From IMG/VR virus record IMGVR_UViG_3300021387_003972: a stretch of DNA of 64,000 nt. The stretch is one strand, 5' to 3'. The DNA is from an uncultured virus (IMG/VR IMGVR_UViG_3300021387_003972) (Duplodnaviria; Heunggongvirae; Uroviricota; Caudoviricetes). Made by a program: the position numbers and the translations under genes. The notes under the pieces were generated by a model that saw only the letters and a list, made by a program, of their open reading frames with translations, searched no databases and was not told the origin of the DNA. Below are positions 45,056-54,400 of this stretch, piece by piece (positions within the stretch are counted from its first letter, which is position 1; each line of letters opens with the position of its first letter).

Positions 45056-47536
45056 TTAGGACAAAACCGATGGATTGACCACATACTTTGGAAGTGGTGG
45101 TCTTCCCGTAGAATAGGTCTTTTCCTGACGCCTCGTTATATAGTCGTAATCTTCCAGAAAATCCAGAACAGGCTGTATCTCCGCTACTGTTTTAAAGGTC
45201 CTGCAGCAACGCATAGCCTCTCTGCGGTCAAATTCTGTCATCCCTTTTTCTTTTATCATCTTCAGGATCCTACTTGCCTGCTTGTACATAGCGTCCTCCG
45301 GGATCACGTCATATACCGTCAGTGCATGGCTGAGATAATATCGGCCAAGCCGTATGGCGTTTGTCATTGTCGCTCCGTCGACTACCAGCGGTTCTCTGAC
45401 CGTCAGAAAATCCGGGGCACGATACAAGCCACCTCGGCAAAGAAGGCCCGAGATCCGCAGTGTGTTGCCTATAAGTTTTCCCACCCAATCGGCAATTTCT
45501 GCATACTCCGTCTTCATCTTTGATTCCGTTTCCTCTGCAAAAGCAGTCAGAAGCTCCGCCGCTTCTTCCGAAAGAGTAATGATCTCAGGCCTTGGTGGAT
45601 ATTCATCATCCAGGAGGTTGGTTATCTTCTGCTCATATCTTCTATGGACTTCTTCCGGTATTGGTTCACTCTGAAATTTGCGACTCCCCACCGTAGACTT
45701 TGGAAAGCAGTAAAGGAAACGAGCTGTGAGTCCTCTTCCACGGAAAGTTGCATTTCCCAGGACATCAGAGATCACCTTCGGCTGTGTCATCAGAAGGACC
45801 GTGAGCTGCGGATTCATAATGCTCTCGCTTTCTCTCCCGATTCGATCGACACGAATGGTGTCGCCTGAGTATCCTTTCAGAAAGACATCGATGTTCACTG
45901 TTTTGGTGTAGATCCCGGCGAGGGTATCAAAGATTCCGCCCTCACTGGAGACCAGGGCTGCGCGACCTTTGTTCGCAGACATGACCGATGCCAGCTTCTC
46001 TGTAGTGATGTCATCGACATACAGATGTAGAGGCTTTTCTTCCTGGTACTCGGCGATCTCCTGTGCGATCTTCTCCATGTCTCCTGGCTCTGCTGTCCCC
46101 TTTGCCACCTTGTCCTCAATGGCTTTCTGCCGACGTTCCAGTATTCGTTTCTGCATCTTGCTGCTCTCCACACGCGCTGCATTTCTCTGGTTATACTGAA
46201 GCTCATAGTTATCTAAGGGGCCTGCCATCGCACGAAGAACAGCTGACTTTCTCTCAGATGGACTTGCAATGATATTGGAGAAGGTATTGAGCGGTTCGGT
46301 CCAATCATCCTTTCCCTGTATGTCATACTTTCCCTGGAGGCAAACAGACAAAAGAGCGAGTGCTACTGTTCCCGCCATATCGACAGGCGTCTGTGTGCTT
46401 TCCGCCACAGCCTCAGCATAAGCGCCAATATCAGGCGGAAGCGCATCCACCGGGAAATCTTCCGTCTCGTATCTTCCAAACGGAATAGGCTCATTCCACG
46501 AAGATTGGATTTCTTCAAATTCCTGCTTTGCTTCTTCCAGCTTCATCTTTTCCAGCTCTTCCTTCACTAATGGATCTTCCTGCGCGAATTCCGCCATCTT
46601 AAGGAACGATGCCTTTTCATCATCGTCACCGAAGCGGTGCACCCTTACCAAATCGAATGCGTTCAAGGTCCTTTCTCCAGCAGGATCTGTCGCATGGTGA
46701 CTGTAGGAAAAAACTCCGTTATATGTCACAACACCGCAGGATCCCTCACCAGGAATGTAGTCGTACCGACCTTCTGTAGCACTGGGTGCATATACATCGG
46801 AGAGGAACTTGCTGATCGCATCCTCAATGCTGTATACCCTGCAGAATGCTCCGACAATTCCATTCTTTTTGAGGGGGTCTTCCTGCATCTTTCCATCATG
46901 TTTTCTTTGCTTTTTCTCTCGGCTGGACACAGGCAGCTTGGAGTAGTCTTCCCACCCTGGATGCTCGTCCAGATATGCGTTGGCATCGAAAAATGGCCCC
47001 TCTATGACCGTGCAGAGATACTCACCATCTTTGGGAGTTGAAGGCCAGTGCATCAGCTGGTTGGCCACAAACGATACAGGATCAAACTGTTCGATTCCAA
47101 GCTCTGCTGCCAGATATCTGGAGACAGCCTCATATCGATCAGGAGGAATATCTTCCAAAAGAGCGATTACAACGCGGTACCGCGGCCTCCCCGGACTGTG
47201 GCTATGAGTCGTATAGATAACAGCGGCGTAGCCAAGCTTATTCACAAGCCTCTTATAAAAATCAAAATCCGGTGTATCCACGTCGAAGGTAATGAAAGAT
47301 CTGAACTTAACGTTTACTATCTTCCGTCTACCACCGATCAGGTATCCTCCTACAAACCCGCCTCTGTCCTTGGCATCGCTCTGGTCGTCCTTGCACATAG
47401 CCTGGTACTCTTCTTCGGTCTCGGACGTATAGATCGTTTTTCTCAACTTTTCACAGAGGGCTTCCCATGTAACCTTCTTGTTCTTCCAATAGGCAGCCTT
47501 TCGGCTGCCTGCGACTGCTATAGTGAATTCACGCAT
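45056..47536 (-). CDS. Primase-like N-terminal domain fused to DUF3987 (YfjI-like) P-loop domain
   Basis: KDRGGFVGG..TFDVD..YTTHSH..PRYRVVI; GIVGAFCR; SHHATDP; then FPVDALP..IIASPSERKSA..DDITTEKL..SSEGG..RGLTARFL. Confidence 0.8.
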   Translation of the reverse strand: MREFTIAVAGSRKAAYWKNKKVTWEALCEKLRKTIYTSETEEEYQAMCKDDQSDAKDRGGFVGGYLIGGRRKIVNVKFRSFITFDVDTPDFDFYKRLVNKLGYAAVIYTTHSHSPGRPRYRVVIALLEDIPPDRYEAVSRYLAAELGIEQFDPVSFVANQLMHWPSTPKDGEYLCTVIEGPFFDANAYLDEHPGWEDYSKLPVSSREKKQRKHDGKMQEDPLKKNGIVGAFCRVYSIEDAISKFLSDVYAPSATEGRYDYIPGEGSCGVVTYNGVFSYSHHATDPAGERTLNAFDLVRVHRFGDDDEKASFLKMAEFAQEDPLVKEELEKMKLEEAKQEFEEIQSSWNEPIPFGRYETEDFPVDALPPDIGAYAEAVAESTQTPVDMAGTVALALLSVCLQGKYDIQGKDDWTEPLNTFSNIIASPSERKSAVLRAMAGPLDNYELQYNQRNAARVESSKMQKRILERRQKAIEDKVAKGTAEPGDMEKIAQEIAEYQEEKPLHLYVDDITTEKLASVMSANKGRAALVSSEGGIFDTLAGIYTKTVNIDVFLKGYSGDTIRVDRIGRESESIMNPQLTVLLMTQPKVISDVLGNATFRGRGLTARFLYCFPKSTVGSRKFQSEPIPEEVHRRYEQKITNLLDDEYPPRPEIITLSEEAAELLTAFAEETESKMKTEYAEIADWVGKLIGNTLRISGLLCRGGLYRAPDFLTVREPLVVDGATMTNAIRLGRYYLSHALTVYDVIPEDAMYKQASRILKMIKEKGMTEFDRREAMRCCRTFKTVAEIQPVLDFLEDYDYITRRQEKTYSTGRPPLPKYVVNPSVLS

Positions 47537-47562
47537 AGTATCCTCCCCTTGTACTTTCCTCC

Positions 47563-47895
47563 TTACCTGTCAAGCTCGAACCGCTCTTCATCGATAACCT
47601 GCTTGGCAAATCCGAGTGCCTTCGCGATCGCTTCCAGCGAATCGTCTCCGCAAGAGGCGATCTCGATACCAATAACTCTCCCGTCGTCGTCCCTGATGGG
47701 ATTGAAATACATATCTCCGCAGAAGCATTCGATCTTCAAATAAGTTCTGCCTCCTGCTTCTCTTCTGTTGCTTCCTCTGTAGCCGCTTGTCCCTGCAACT
47801 ACATGGAGGGCTGTATCCTTCTCCAACACCGCTCTTTCGTATGTTTCGATTATGTGATCATTGATTTTGATTCTTCCTTCACTCACTGCGTACAT
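47563..47895 (-). CDS. Conserved prophage hypothetical protein
   Basis: VAGTSGYRG..GGRTYLKI..GDDSLEAIAKALGFA. Confidence 0.65.
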   Translation of the reverse strand: MYAVSEGRIKINDHIIETYERAVLEKDTALHVVAGTSGYRGSNRREAGGRTYLKIECFCGDMYFNPIRDDDGRVIGIEIASCGDDSLEAIAKALGFAKQVIDEERFELDR

Positions 47896-48275
47896 GCCAT
47901 TTTCTCCTCGCTGATAAATCTGATGTACTTCTCTTTCTGAGCTGCATAAGCAATCTCCGCGTTCATGCCCTCGCTCCTTTCATTTCCAAACACCCACACC
48001 TCTGCGCACTTGGTCATGAGTACCTTTCCCATAAAAATCGCCAGGTCTCTCTCTGTCTCCTCGTCCACAAACTGCGGCAGGAGAAGATGCGGCGCTATGG
48101 GAATGTATCCTTGCTCCACTGCATACCGGCTATAGAGCTGAGCATTTCTGGTATTGATCTCCACATCGCCTTTGTACTTCGAGCAGATGTAGACGAGCGG
48201 TCTATATCCAAAGCTCAGTGCTGCGCCTGCAGTGGGATCCGGATAGCCTTCACTGTTTTTGTAATCCTGATCCAT
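47883..48275 (-). CDS. DUF4406/NDT-like protein
   Basis: NSEGYPDPTA..PLVYICS..IPIAPHLLLPQF..KCAEVWVFG..SEGMNAEI; start reassigned after AGGAGG. Confidence 0.8.
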   Translation of the reverse strand: MDQDYKNSEGYPDPTAGAALSFGYRPLVYICSKYKGDVEINTRNAQLYSRYAVEQGYIPIAPHLLLPQFVDEETERDLAIFMGKVLMTKCAEVWVFGNERSEGMNAEIAYAAQKEKYIRFISEEKMACTQ

Positions 48276-48322
48276 CTCGGACCTCCTTTCTCTTAAGTAG
48301 GACTCTCGTCCTCTACATGTCC

Positions 48323-48462
48323 TCCGACAAAAAAGAGCCCGGATTCCAAACGGTCTGAGGATTTTTTTAATCGATGTGTTTCTTCCGAATAATAGCGACC
48401 GCAAGAAAAATCTTTTGAGATTTTTTATCCCGCTTTTGGAATCTGACCACGTTTTTGTCGGA
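48323..48462. promoter_or_regulatory. Back-to-back copies 2 and 3 of the TTTGGAATC-N8-TTTTTGTCGGA motif heading the divergent replication operons
   Basis: Minus-strand copy at 48323-48350 and plus-strand copy at 48435-48462. Confidence 0.75.
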
Positions 48463-48578
48463 GTAAGGGCAGAAGGGAGATAGAGACAATGCATGACAAG
48501 TATTACCGGGCCCGCGACGCCCCCAGTGAAGAAGACCGCCAATCAGATAACAAACGTCCACATATGGAGGAGACCTAT

Positions 48579-48911
48579 ATGAAGAAAAATGAGATGGCGA
48601 TCCTGATTGAAGGATTGCGCAAGTTAAGCGCTGATGTGCTGCAGATCGCTGACGCGCTGGAAGAGAAACCGGAAGAAGCACCGGTTGCGGCGAAAGAAGC
48701 TGCGCCTACAGAAGACACTGCTAAAGAAGAAACTAAGACCTACTCATTAGAGGAGGTAAGAAGGATCCTGGCCGACAAGGCACGATCCGGATACCGGGCA
48801 GAGGTAAAGGCACTGCTCACAGCACATGGCGCCTCTCGACTGTCTGACATCACTGATCCGGCTGCTCTCTCAGCTCTTGCGTTAGAGGCGGAGGTGATCG
48901 GCAATGGCTAA
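48579..48911 (+). CDS. Conserved prophage protein preceding DUF2800
   Basis: YSLEEVRRILADKARSGYRAEVKALLTAHGASRLSDI; GGAGG RBS. Confidence 0.75.
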   Translation: MKKNEMAILIEGLRKLSADVLQIADALEEKPEEAPVAAKEAAPTEDTAKEETKTYSLEEVRRILADKARSGYRAEVKALLTAHGASRLSDITDPAALSALALEAEVIGNG

Positions 48912-50037
48912 GCATGCCTACCTCTCCGCATCGGCCAGCCACCGCTGGCTTGCCTGCCCGCCGAGCGCGAAACTCTGTGCTCAGGTGGAGGATCAGGGAA
49001 GTCCCTTTGCACAGCAGGGAACCGATGCCCACGAGCTGTGTCAGTATCTTGTGGAGAAGGCTCTCGGATATAAGGTGCGGGATCCCACTGAAGATCTCAC
49101 CTGGTATGACGCCGAGATGCAGGAGGCTGCGGAGGGCTACTGTGCCTTCGTCATGGAGCAGATAGCAGAAGCCAAAAAGCTCTGTGCTGACCCGCTGGTC
49201 TGCATCGAGCAGACACTGGATTTTTCCAAATGGGTCGAGCACGGATTTGGCACCGGCGACTGCGTGATCGTGGCAGACGACCTGCTGCATGTCATTGATT
49301 TCAAGTATGGCGTCGGAGTCCTGGTCGAAGCCACTGACAATAGTCAGCTCAAATGCTACGCCCTGGGCGCGCTCGATACCTTTGGTGATCTCTACAACAT
49401 AAATCGCATTCGTATCACGATCTTTCAGCCAAGGCGCGACAACGTGGACTCCTTCGACCTCACCAAGGACGATCTTCTGCGATGGGCAGATGATATTTTG
49501 GCACCGACCGCCAAGTTGGCCTATGAGGGCATGGGAGAATTCCACGCTGGCGCCCACTGCCAGTTTTGCAAGATCAAGGCCACCTGCAGGGAGCGCGCCT
49601 CCTACAGTATGGAGCTTGCAAAGTATGACTTTGCCGCAGCACCAACACTTGATACGCAGGAAATTGCAAAGATTCTGCCACAGGTCGATGCCCTAGTATC
49701 GTGGGCGGATGACATTAAGACCTTCGCTCTCTCCCAGGCTCTTTCCGGAGAACACTACCCTGGCTACAAGCTAGTTGAGGGAAGAAGCAACAGAAAATAC
49801 AGCGATGAGTCCGCTGTAGCAAGGATTGTAGAGGATGCTGGATATGATCCATTTGAAAAGAAGCTCCTTGGCATCACAGCAATGCAGAGGCAGCTCGGCA
49901 AGAAACGTTTTAATGAACTGTTATCGGGGCTCATTATAAAGCCCCAGGGAAAGCCCGTACTGGTTCCCAATAGCGACAAACGCCCGGAACTGAACACGGC
50001 AGCAAATGATTTTATGGAGGAAAATGAAAATGAGTAA
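48904..50037 (+). CDS. DUF2800 PD-(D/E)XK (Cas4-like) nuclease
   Basis: HAYLSASASHRWLACPPS, GTDAHEL, GFGTGDC..IDFKYG..QLKCYALGA, HCQFCK..CRER, KLVEGRSNR. Confidence 0.9.
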   Translation: MAKHAYLSASASHRWLACPPSAKLCAQVEDQGSPFAQQGTDAHELCQYLVEKALGYKVRDPTEDLTWYDAEMQEAAEGYCAFVMEQIAEAKKLCADPLVCIEQTLDFSKWVEHGFGTGDCVIVADDLLHVIDFKYGVGVLVEATDNSQLKCYALGALDTFGDLYNINRIRITIFQPRRDNVDSFDLTKDDLLRWADDILAPTAKLAYEGMGEFHAGAHCQFCKIKATCRERASYSMELAKYDFAAAPTLDTQEIAKILPQVDALVSWADDIKTFALSQALSGEHYPGYKLVEGRSNRKYSDESAVARIVEDAGYDPFEKKLLGITAMQRQLGKKRFNELLSGLIIKPQGKPVLVPNSDKRPELNTAANDFMEENENE

Positions 50038-50608
50038 AACTGTTATGAATCCCACAAAAGTTGTAACCGGAAAGCACACTGTGTTTTCTTATCTGAACGT
50101 CAACGAGCCGAAGACACCCATTGGCGGAGGCACTCCCAAGTACAGCGTCTCGCTGATCATCCCCAAGAGCGACACTGCAACAATCGCCAAGATCAAAGCG
50201 GCCATCAAGGCTGCCTATGACGAGGGCCAGTCCAAGCTCAAGGGAAACAGCAAGTTTGTACCGGCGCTCGAGGACATCAAGACTCCTCTGCGTGACGGTG
50301 ACAGGGAGCGCAAGGGCGACGATGCCTACAAGGATTCCTACTTTGTAAATGCCAACTCTACCACCAAACCCGGCGTGGTTGACGCAGACCGCCAGCCGAT
50401 CCTGGAGACATCGGAGCTCTATTCCGGCATCATCGGCAGAGCAAGCATCAACTTTTACGCTTACAACACCAACGGCAATCGCGGTATCGCCTGCGGACTG
50501 AACAACCTGCAGAAGCTCTCTGACGGTACTCCGCTTGGCGGCCACTCCAGAGCAGAGGATGACTTCGCGGATCTGGATGACGAGGACGACGAGGATTTCC
50601 TGGCTTGA
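50030..50608 (+). CDS. DUF2815 single-stranded DNA-binding protein
   Basis: KYSVSLIIPK, PLRDGD, YFVNANS, YSG..RASINFYAYN..GIACGLNNLQK..GTPLGG; acidic tail. Confidence 0.92.
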   Translation: MSKTVMNPTKVVTGKHTVFSYLNVNEPKTPIGGGTPKYSVSLIIPKSDTATIAKIKAAIKAAYDEGQSKLKGNSKFVPALEDIKTPLRDGDRERKGDDAYKDSYFVNANSTTKPGVVDADRQPILETSELYSGIIGRASINFYAYNTNGNRGIACGLNNLQKLSDGTPLGGHSRAEDDFADLDDEDDEDFLA

Positions 50609-50664
50609 TGCCAGACATGAGGGGGTGGGCTCTTTGCCCACTTCCTTTTTGGAGGGATGCTATA

Positions 50665-50817
50665 ATGGAAAACACAGAATACTACTGTGACACATGTGAG
50701 GAAGGAAAGAAAAACAGCTGTCCACATGCGCAGGGCAGGCACTATGACGTCTGCGGAGAAGAGATCAGCCCTCCCGACTACTGCCCCAACCAGCCGGCAG
50801 ATGACCTTCCGTTTTAG
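50665..50817 (+). CDS. Small Cys-rich protein ending in DDLPF
   Basis: GGAGG RBS; MENTEYYCDTCEEGKKNSCPHAQGRHYDVCGEEISPPDYCPNQPADDLPF*. Confidence 0.6.
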   Translation: MENTEYYCDTCEEGKKNSCPHAQGRHYDVCGEEISPPDYCPNQPADDLPF

Positions 50818-50832
50818 AGAGATATAAACGAT

Positions 50833-52797
50833 ATGAATGAAATAAAAACACTATCTATTGATCTGGAAACCAAGAGCAGCGTCGATATCTCAAAGGCTGG
50901 TGTGTACAAATATGCCCAGTCTCCGGATTTCGATATACTGCTCTTTGGTGTGTCCGTTAACAGCGGACCGGTAACCGTTTATGATCTGGCCTGTGGTGAT
51001 GCTCTTCCTGATGAGATCCTTGCCGCTTTGACCGATCTCGATGTCACCAAGTGGAGCTACAATGCGACGTTCGAGAGAATCTGTATCTCCGAATGGCTCC
51101 GAAGAAACTATCCGCAGTACTGCGATAGGAAATATCTCCCTCCGTCCTCATGGAAATGCTCTATGGTATTGGCTGCTTATAACGGACTTCCGCTCGGGCT
51201 TGAGAAGGTAGGCACCGCCCTGGGCCTCGAGCAGCAGAAGCTCAAAGAAGGCAAGGATCTGATCCGATACTTCTGTAATCCCTGTAAACCGACTAAGACG
51301 AATGGCGGAAGGACCTGGAATCTTCCCGAGCATGCGCCGGACAAGTGGGACCTGTTCAAGAAATATAATCGGCGCGATGTGGAAGTAGAGATGCAGATAC
51401 ATGAGCGGCTGCAGAACTATTCGGTTCCCGACTTTGTTTGGGATGAATACCATCTCGACCAGGAGATCAATGATCGCGGCATCATGGTTGATCGTGAGCT
51501 TGTAGAGCATGCGATTCGGATTGATGAGATTTCTTATACAGACCTGACCGCACAGATGCAAGAGCTGACGGACCTGGAGAATCCAAACTCCGTGGCTCAG
51601 TTGAAAAGATTCCTTGTTGAAAAGGGTATCGAAGCCGAGTCTCTCGGAAAGAAAGACATAGCAGAAATGATAAAGACAGCTCCGCCGGAACTAGCCCAGG
51701 TACTGGAGCTCCGGCTGCAGCTTGCAAAGAGCAGTGTGAAGAAATATCAAGCCATGCAGAATGCTGCCTGCAGTGATGACCGCTGCCGAGGAATGTTTCA
51801 ATTTTACGGAGCCAGCCGCAGCGGACGCTGGGCCGGCAGGCTGATTCAGTTGCAGAATCTCCCGCAAAACCATCTACCCGATCTCGAGCAGGCGAGGGCT
51901 CTCGTAAAGTCTGGTGACTATGAGATGGTGAAAATGCTGTACGGAAACGTACCGCAAATCCTCTCCGAGCTGATCCGCACTGCTTTCATTCCAGCTCCCG
52001 GACATAAATTTATTGTTAGCGACTTTTCCGCTATCGAGGCTAGGGTCCTCTCCCACCTCGCTGGTGAGACCTGGCGATCTGATGTCTTTAAAAACAACGG
52101 TGACATTTATTGCGCATCGGCGTCACAGATGTTCGGCGTCCCTGTTGAGAAGCACGGCGTAAACGGGCACCTGCGGCAGAAAGGTAAAATTGCAGAATTG
52201 GCTCTCGGTTATGGCGGCAGCGTCGGCGCTCTGAAGGCAATGGGCGCCTTGGACATGGGCCTTTCCGAAGAAGAGCTTCAGCCCCTGGTCTCAATGTGGC
52301 GAGAGTCCAACCCTCGCATCGTGCAATACTGGTGGAAGGTCGATAACGCTGTCAAGAAGGCAATCAAGGAGCACGTAACCACTGAGGTTGGCGATGTCAA
52401 GTTCTTCTGGAAATCCGGCATGTTGTTTATTGAGCTTCCGTCCGGAAGGCGCCTGGCGTATGTGAAACCTAAGATCGGCGTAAATCAGTTCGGTGGCGAA
52501 TCCGTCACCTATATGGGAACCGACGCTCAGAAGAAATGGAGCCGGATCGAGAGTTACGGCCCCAAGTTCACCGAGAACATTGTGCAGGCCATCAGCCGTG
52601 ACATCCTGGCCTATGCCATGAACACGCTTCGGAACTATCGGATCGTCGGACACGTACACGACGAGGTTATTATCGAGGTACCTCCGAAAGTATCTTTAAA
52701 TATTATCTGCGAGCTGATGGGGCAAACACCTCCGTGGATCCCTGGGCTCCTCTTGCGAGCTGATGGTTATGAATGTGAGTTTTACAGAAAGGACTGA
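50833..52797 (+). CDS. Phage family-A DNA polymerase
   Basis: ExoI IDLET, NATFER; SGRWAGRLIQLQNLP; motif A SDFSAIEARV; motif B RQKGKIAELALGYG; motif C HVHDE. Confidence 0.95.
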   Translation: MNEIKTLSIDLETKSSVDISKAGVYKYAQSPDFDILLFGVSVNSGPVTVYDLACGDALPDEILAALTDLDVTKWSYNATFERICISEWLRRNYPQYCDRKYLPPSSWKCSMVLAAYNGLPLGLEKVGTALGLEQQKLKEGKDLIRYFCNPCKPTKTNGGRTWNLPEHAPDKWDLFKKYNRRDVEVEMQIHERLQNYSVPDFVWDEYHLDQEINDRGIMVDRELVEHAIRIDEISYTDLTAQMQELTDLENPNSVAQLKRFLVEKGIEAESLGKKDIAEMIKTAPPELAQVLELRLQLAKSSVKKYQAMQNAACSDDRCRGMFQFYGASRSGRWAGRLIQLQNLPQNHLPDLEQARALVKSGDYEMVKMLYGNVPQILSELIRTAFIPAPGHKFIVSDFSAIEARVLSHLAGETWRSDVFKNNGDIYCASASQMFGVPVEKHGVNGHLRQKGKIAELALGYGGSVGALKAMGALDMGLSEEELQPLVSMWRESNPRIVQYWWKVDNAVKKAIKEHVTTEVGDVKFFWKSGMLFIELPSGRRLAYVKPKIGVNQFGGESVTYMGTDAQKKWSRIESYGPKFTENIVQAISRDILAYAMNTLRNYRIVGHVHDEVIIEVPPKVSLNIICELMGQTPPWIPGLLLRADGYECEFYRKD

Positions 52798-52901
52798 TAT
52801 CTATAATAAAACAAATTATCATCATATTATTTGTATACTATCACTATATATGAGACAATAGTTATGCAATAGCGGATCCGATTCATTAAGGAGGTACTAT
52901 C

Positions 52902-53372
52902 ATGGCAAGATGTGAGTGGTGCGGAAAAGAATTTGACATTGATGAGGCACGTGATATCTTTGACGATGAATGTGGAAGAATTTGGTCCTACGACAATTTC
53001 AGCAAGTGTCTATGTGGCGAATGCGCAGTCGAGGCTATTCAGGATGAAGCAGACGGCGTCTACTTTGAAACCTGCGAATGCTGTGGCAAGCATTTTGATT
53101 ATGGTGAAGAATGCAGAATCTTTTATGATAATGCAAATGCTTCCTTCGGCCTTGCTGACTGCTGGAGCAATAGAATTCTCTGTGCCTCATGCGCAATAGA
53201 TGAAATTGATGAAGAAAACGCTATGTATGGTGACAATAGCAATAGTGACGATGATGGCGACGAAGGAATCGACGTTTATACAGCTGCTGATATTTGGCTG
53301 TCCCACGGAAAAGATGAAGACTACATGTTCGGTTATTCTGAGGATGAGCTTGAAGATGCTCTAAATGAATAA
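52902..53372 (+). CDS. Acidic protein with duplicated Zn-finger modules (moron)
   Basis: Two CxxCGKxFD..LCxxCA units and a very D/E-rich tail; AT-rich upstream region and GGAGG RBS. Confidence 0.75.
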   Translation: MARCEWCGKEFDIDEARDIFDDECGRIWSYDNFSKCLCGECAVEAIQDEADGVYFETCECCGKHFDYGEECRIFYDNANASFGLADCWSNRILCASCAIDEIDEENAMYGDNSNSDDDGDEGIDVYTAADIWLSHGKDEDYMFGYSEDELEDALNE

Positions 53373-53431
53373 TTCCACTCTAAGTGGCGGATAGGCGGCA
53401 CCCGATATTATAACGGATGCCGCCTTTATAA

Positions 53432-54103
53432 TCAGCCTCTATAATATTTCTCCCAGCGGTCACGAATACGCTTCCACTGATAATAATACCAACTCTTTTC
53501 TGACTTCTTCCTGTTGAGTTTAGCCAGGATTTCATCGCAGCTAAGCCCATACTCGTCCCCCTCGATGATGTCTGCGAGAAGAGGATCCTCCTCACGGAGG
53601 ACTTTTTTGAAACGGCTCCATACAACGTTGCTAATTGCTTCATCTGCGGTAGGGTCTAAAGCGCAGACACTGGACTTTACCGTTTCCGCCATATCCTCCA
53701 GGGAAGCGTCTCTGTCTGTCTTTACTTCCAGTCCCATTTTCATAGGGCACTCATCGCTGTAACAACTGATACTCTCAGGGCAGCGAATCTCCCTTCCTGT
53801 TCTAGGACTGCGAATCGTGCACCGGTTCTTTCTTTCGTACTCCTTGTACTCCGTATTCTTCGCAGTAAGATAAGCTTTTGTTCCTGCATTCTCTTCGTCG
53901 TCAATAAGCTCCATCACGACCAGCACTGGAGTGGCACTGAATCTGTGCATTGTCACAAATCTTCTGTCGATTCCCCTGAGCTTGATATCCTCTTCATCTG
54001 TTGGAATCGGCACGAACTTCTTTCCCTTCGGGGGATTCGTAAAATCAACCTTGCCATTGTCTTTAATCGTGAAGCCTAAGTTTTCCAGTTCTTTGCGTGC
54101 CAT
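53432..54103 (-). CDS. Divergent phage sigma-factor-like / region-4 HTH regulator
   Basis: Position next to the repressor; ERKNRC..IRCP..SC..CP cysteine cluster, ASLED, C-terminal GLSCDEILAKL helix-turn-helix-like segment; AGGAGG RBS. Confidence 0.55.
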   Translation of the reverse strand: MARKELENLGFTIKDNGKVDFTNPPKGKKFVPIPTDEEDIKLRGIDRRFVTMHRFSATPVLVVMELIDDEENAGTKAYLTAKNTEYKEYERKNRCTIRSPRTGREIRCPESISCYSDECPMKMGLEVKTDRDASLEDMAETVKSSVCALDPTADEAISNVVWSRFKKVLREEDPLLADIIEGDEYGLSCDEILAKLNRKKSEKSWYYYQWKRIRDRWEKYYRG

Positions 54104-54109
54104 GATAAA

Positions 54110-54400
54110 GGCCCTCCTTTTCGCGTTTTGTCTTGTTGCGAAACGGAGAGCCGTCATGGCCGTCAGTAGAAAAAGGGTGCACGAATTAATCCGAACCCGA
54201 GAGAGCCATTTCTGGTCTCTCCGTTTCAGTTTCGTGCCTCCCCTGCTCACTGGTTTGGCATTCGTATTCAGTTGTGTACCTCACTGCAGTGGTGAGCAGT
54301 AGTCGACTTTTTCACTGCGGCTCTGGCATATAATTTGAGCGTCTTGAGCGCTCAGCTGGATCTGCACTATGTGCCGGCCCAGCTCAGGGCTCTAAGCATT
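54110..54400 (-). promoter_or_regulatory. Structured leader with alternative terminator / RBS-sequestering folds
   Basis: Hairpin 54110-54152 buries AGGAGG; an 11-nt competitor at 54217-54227 is perfectly complementary to 54140-54150; stem 54174-54185/54231-54242 followed by a U-run; stem 54243-54299. Confidence 0.6.

Noticed and set aside
48904..50037. Cas4 as evidence of a CRISPR-Cas system
   Set aside because: It is the DUF2800 nuclease normally found with DUF2815 and PolA in phage replication modules; no other cas genes or array
48323..53400. Invertible segment explaining the opposite orientation of the PolA module
   Set aside because: No matching inverted repeat seen at the far end near 52800-53430 and no invertase; the repeats at 48323-48462 are better explained as divergent promoters
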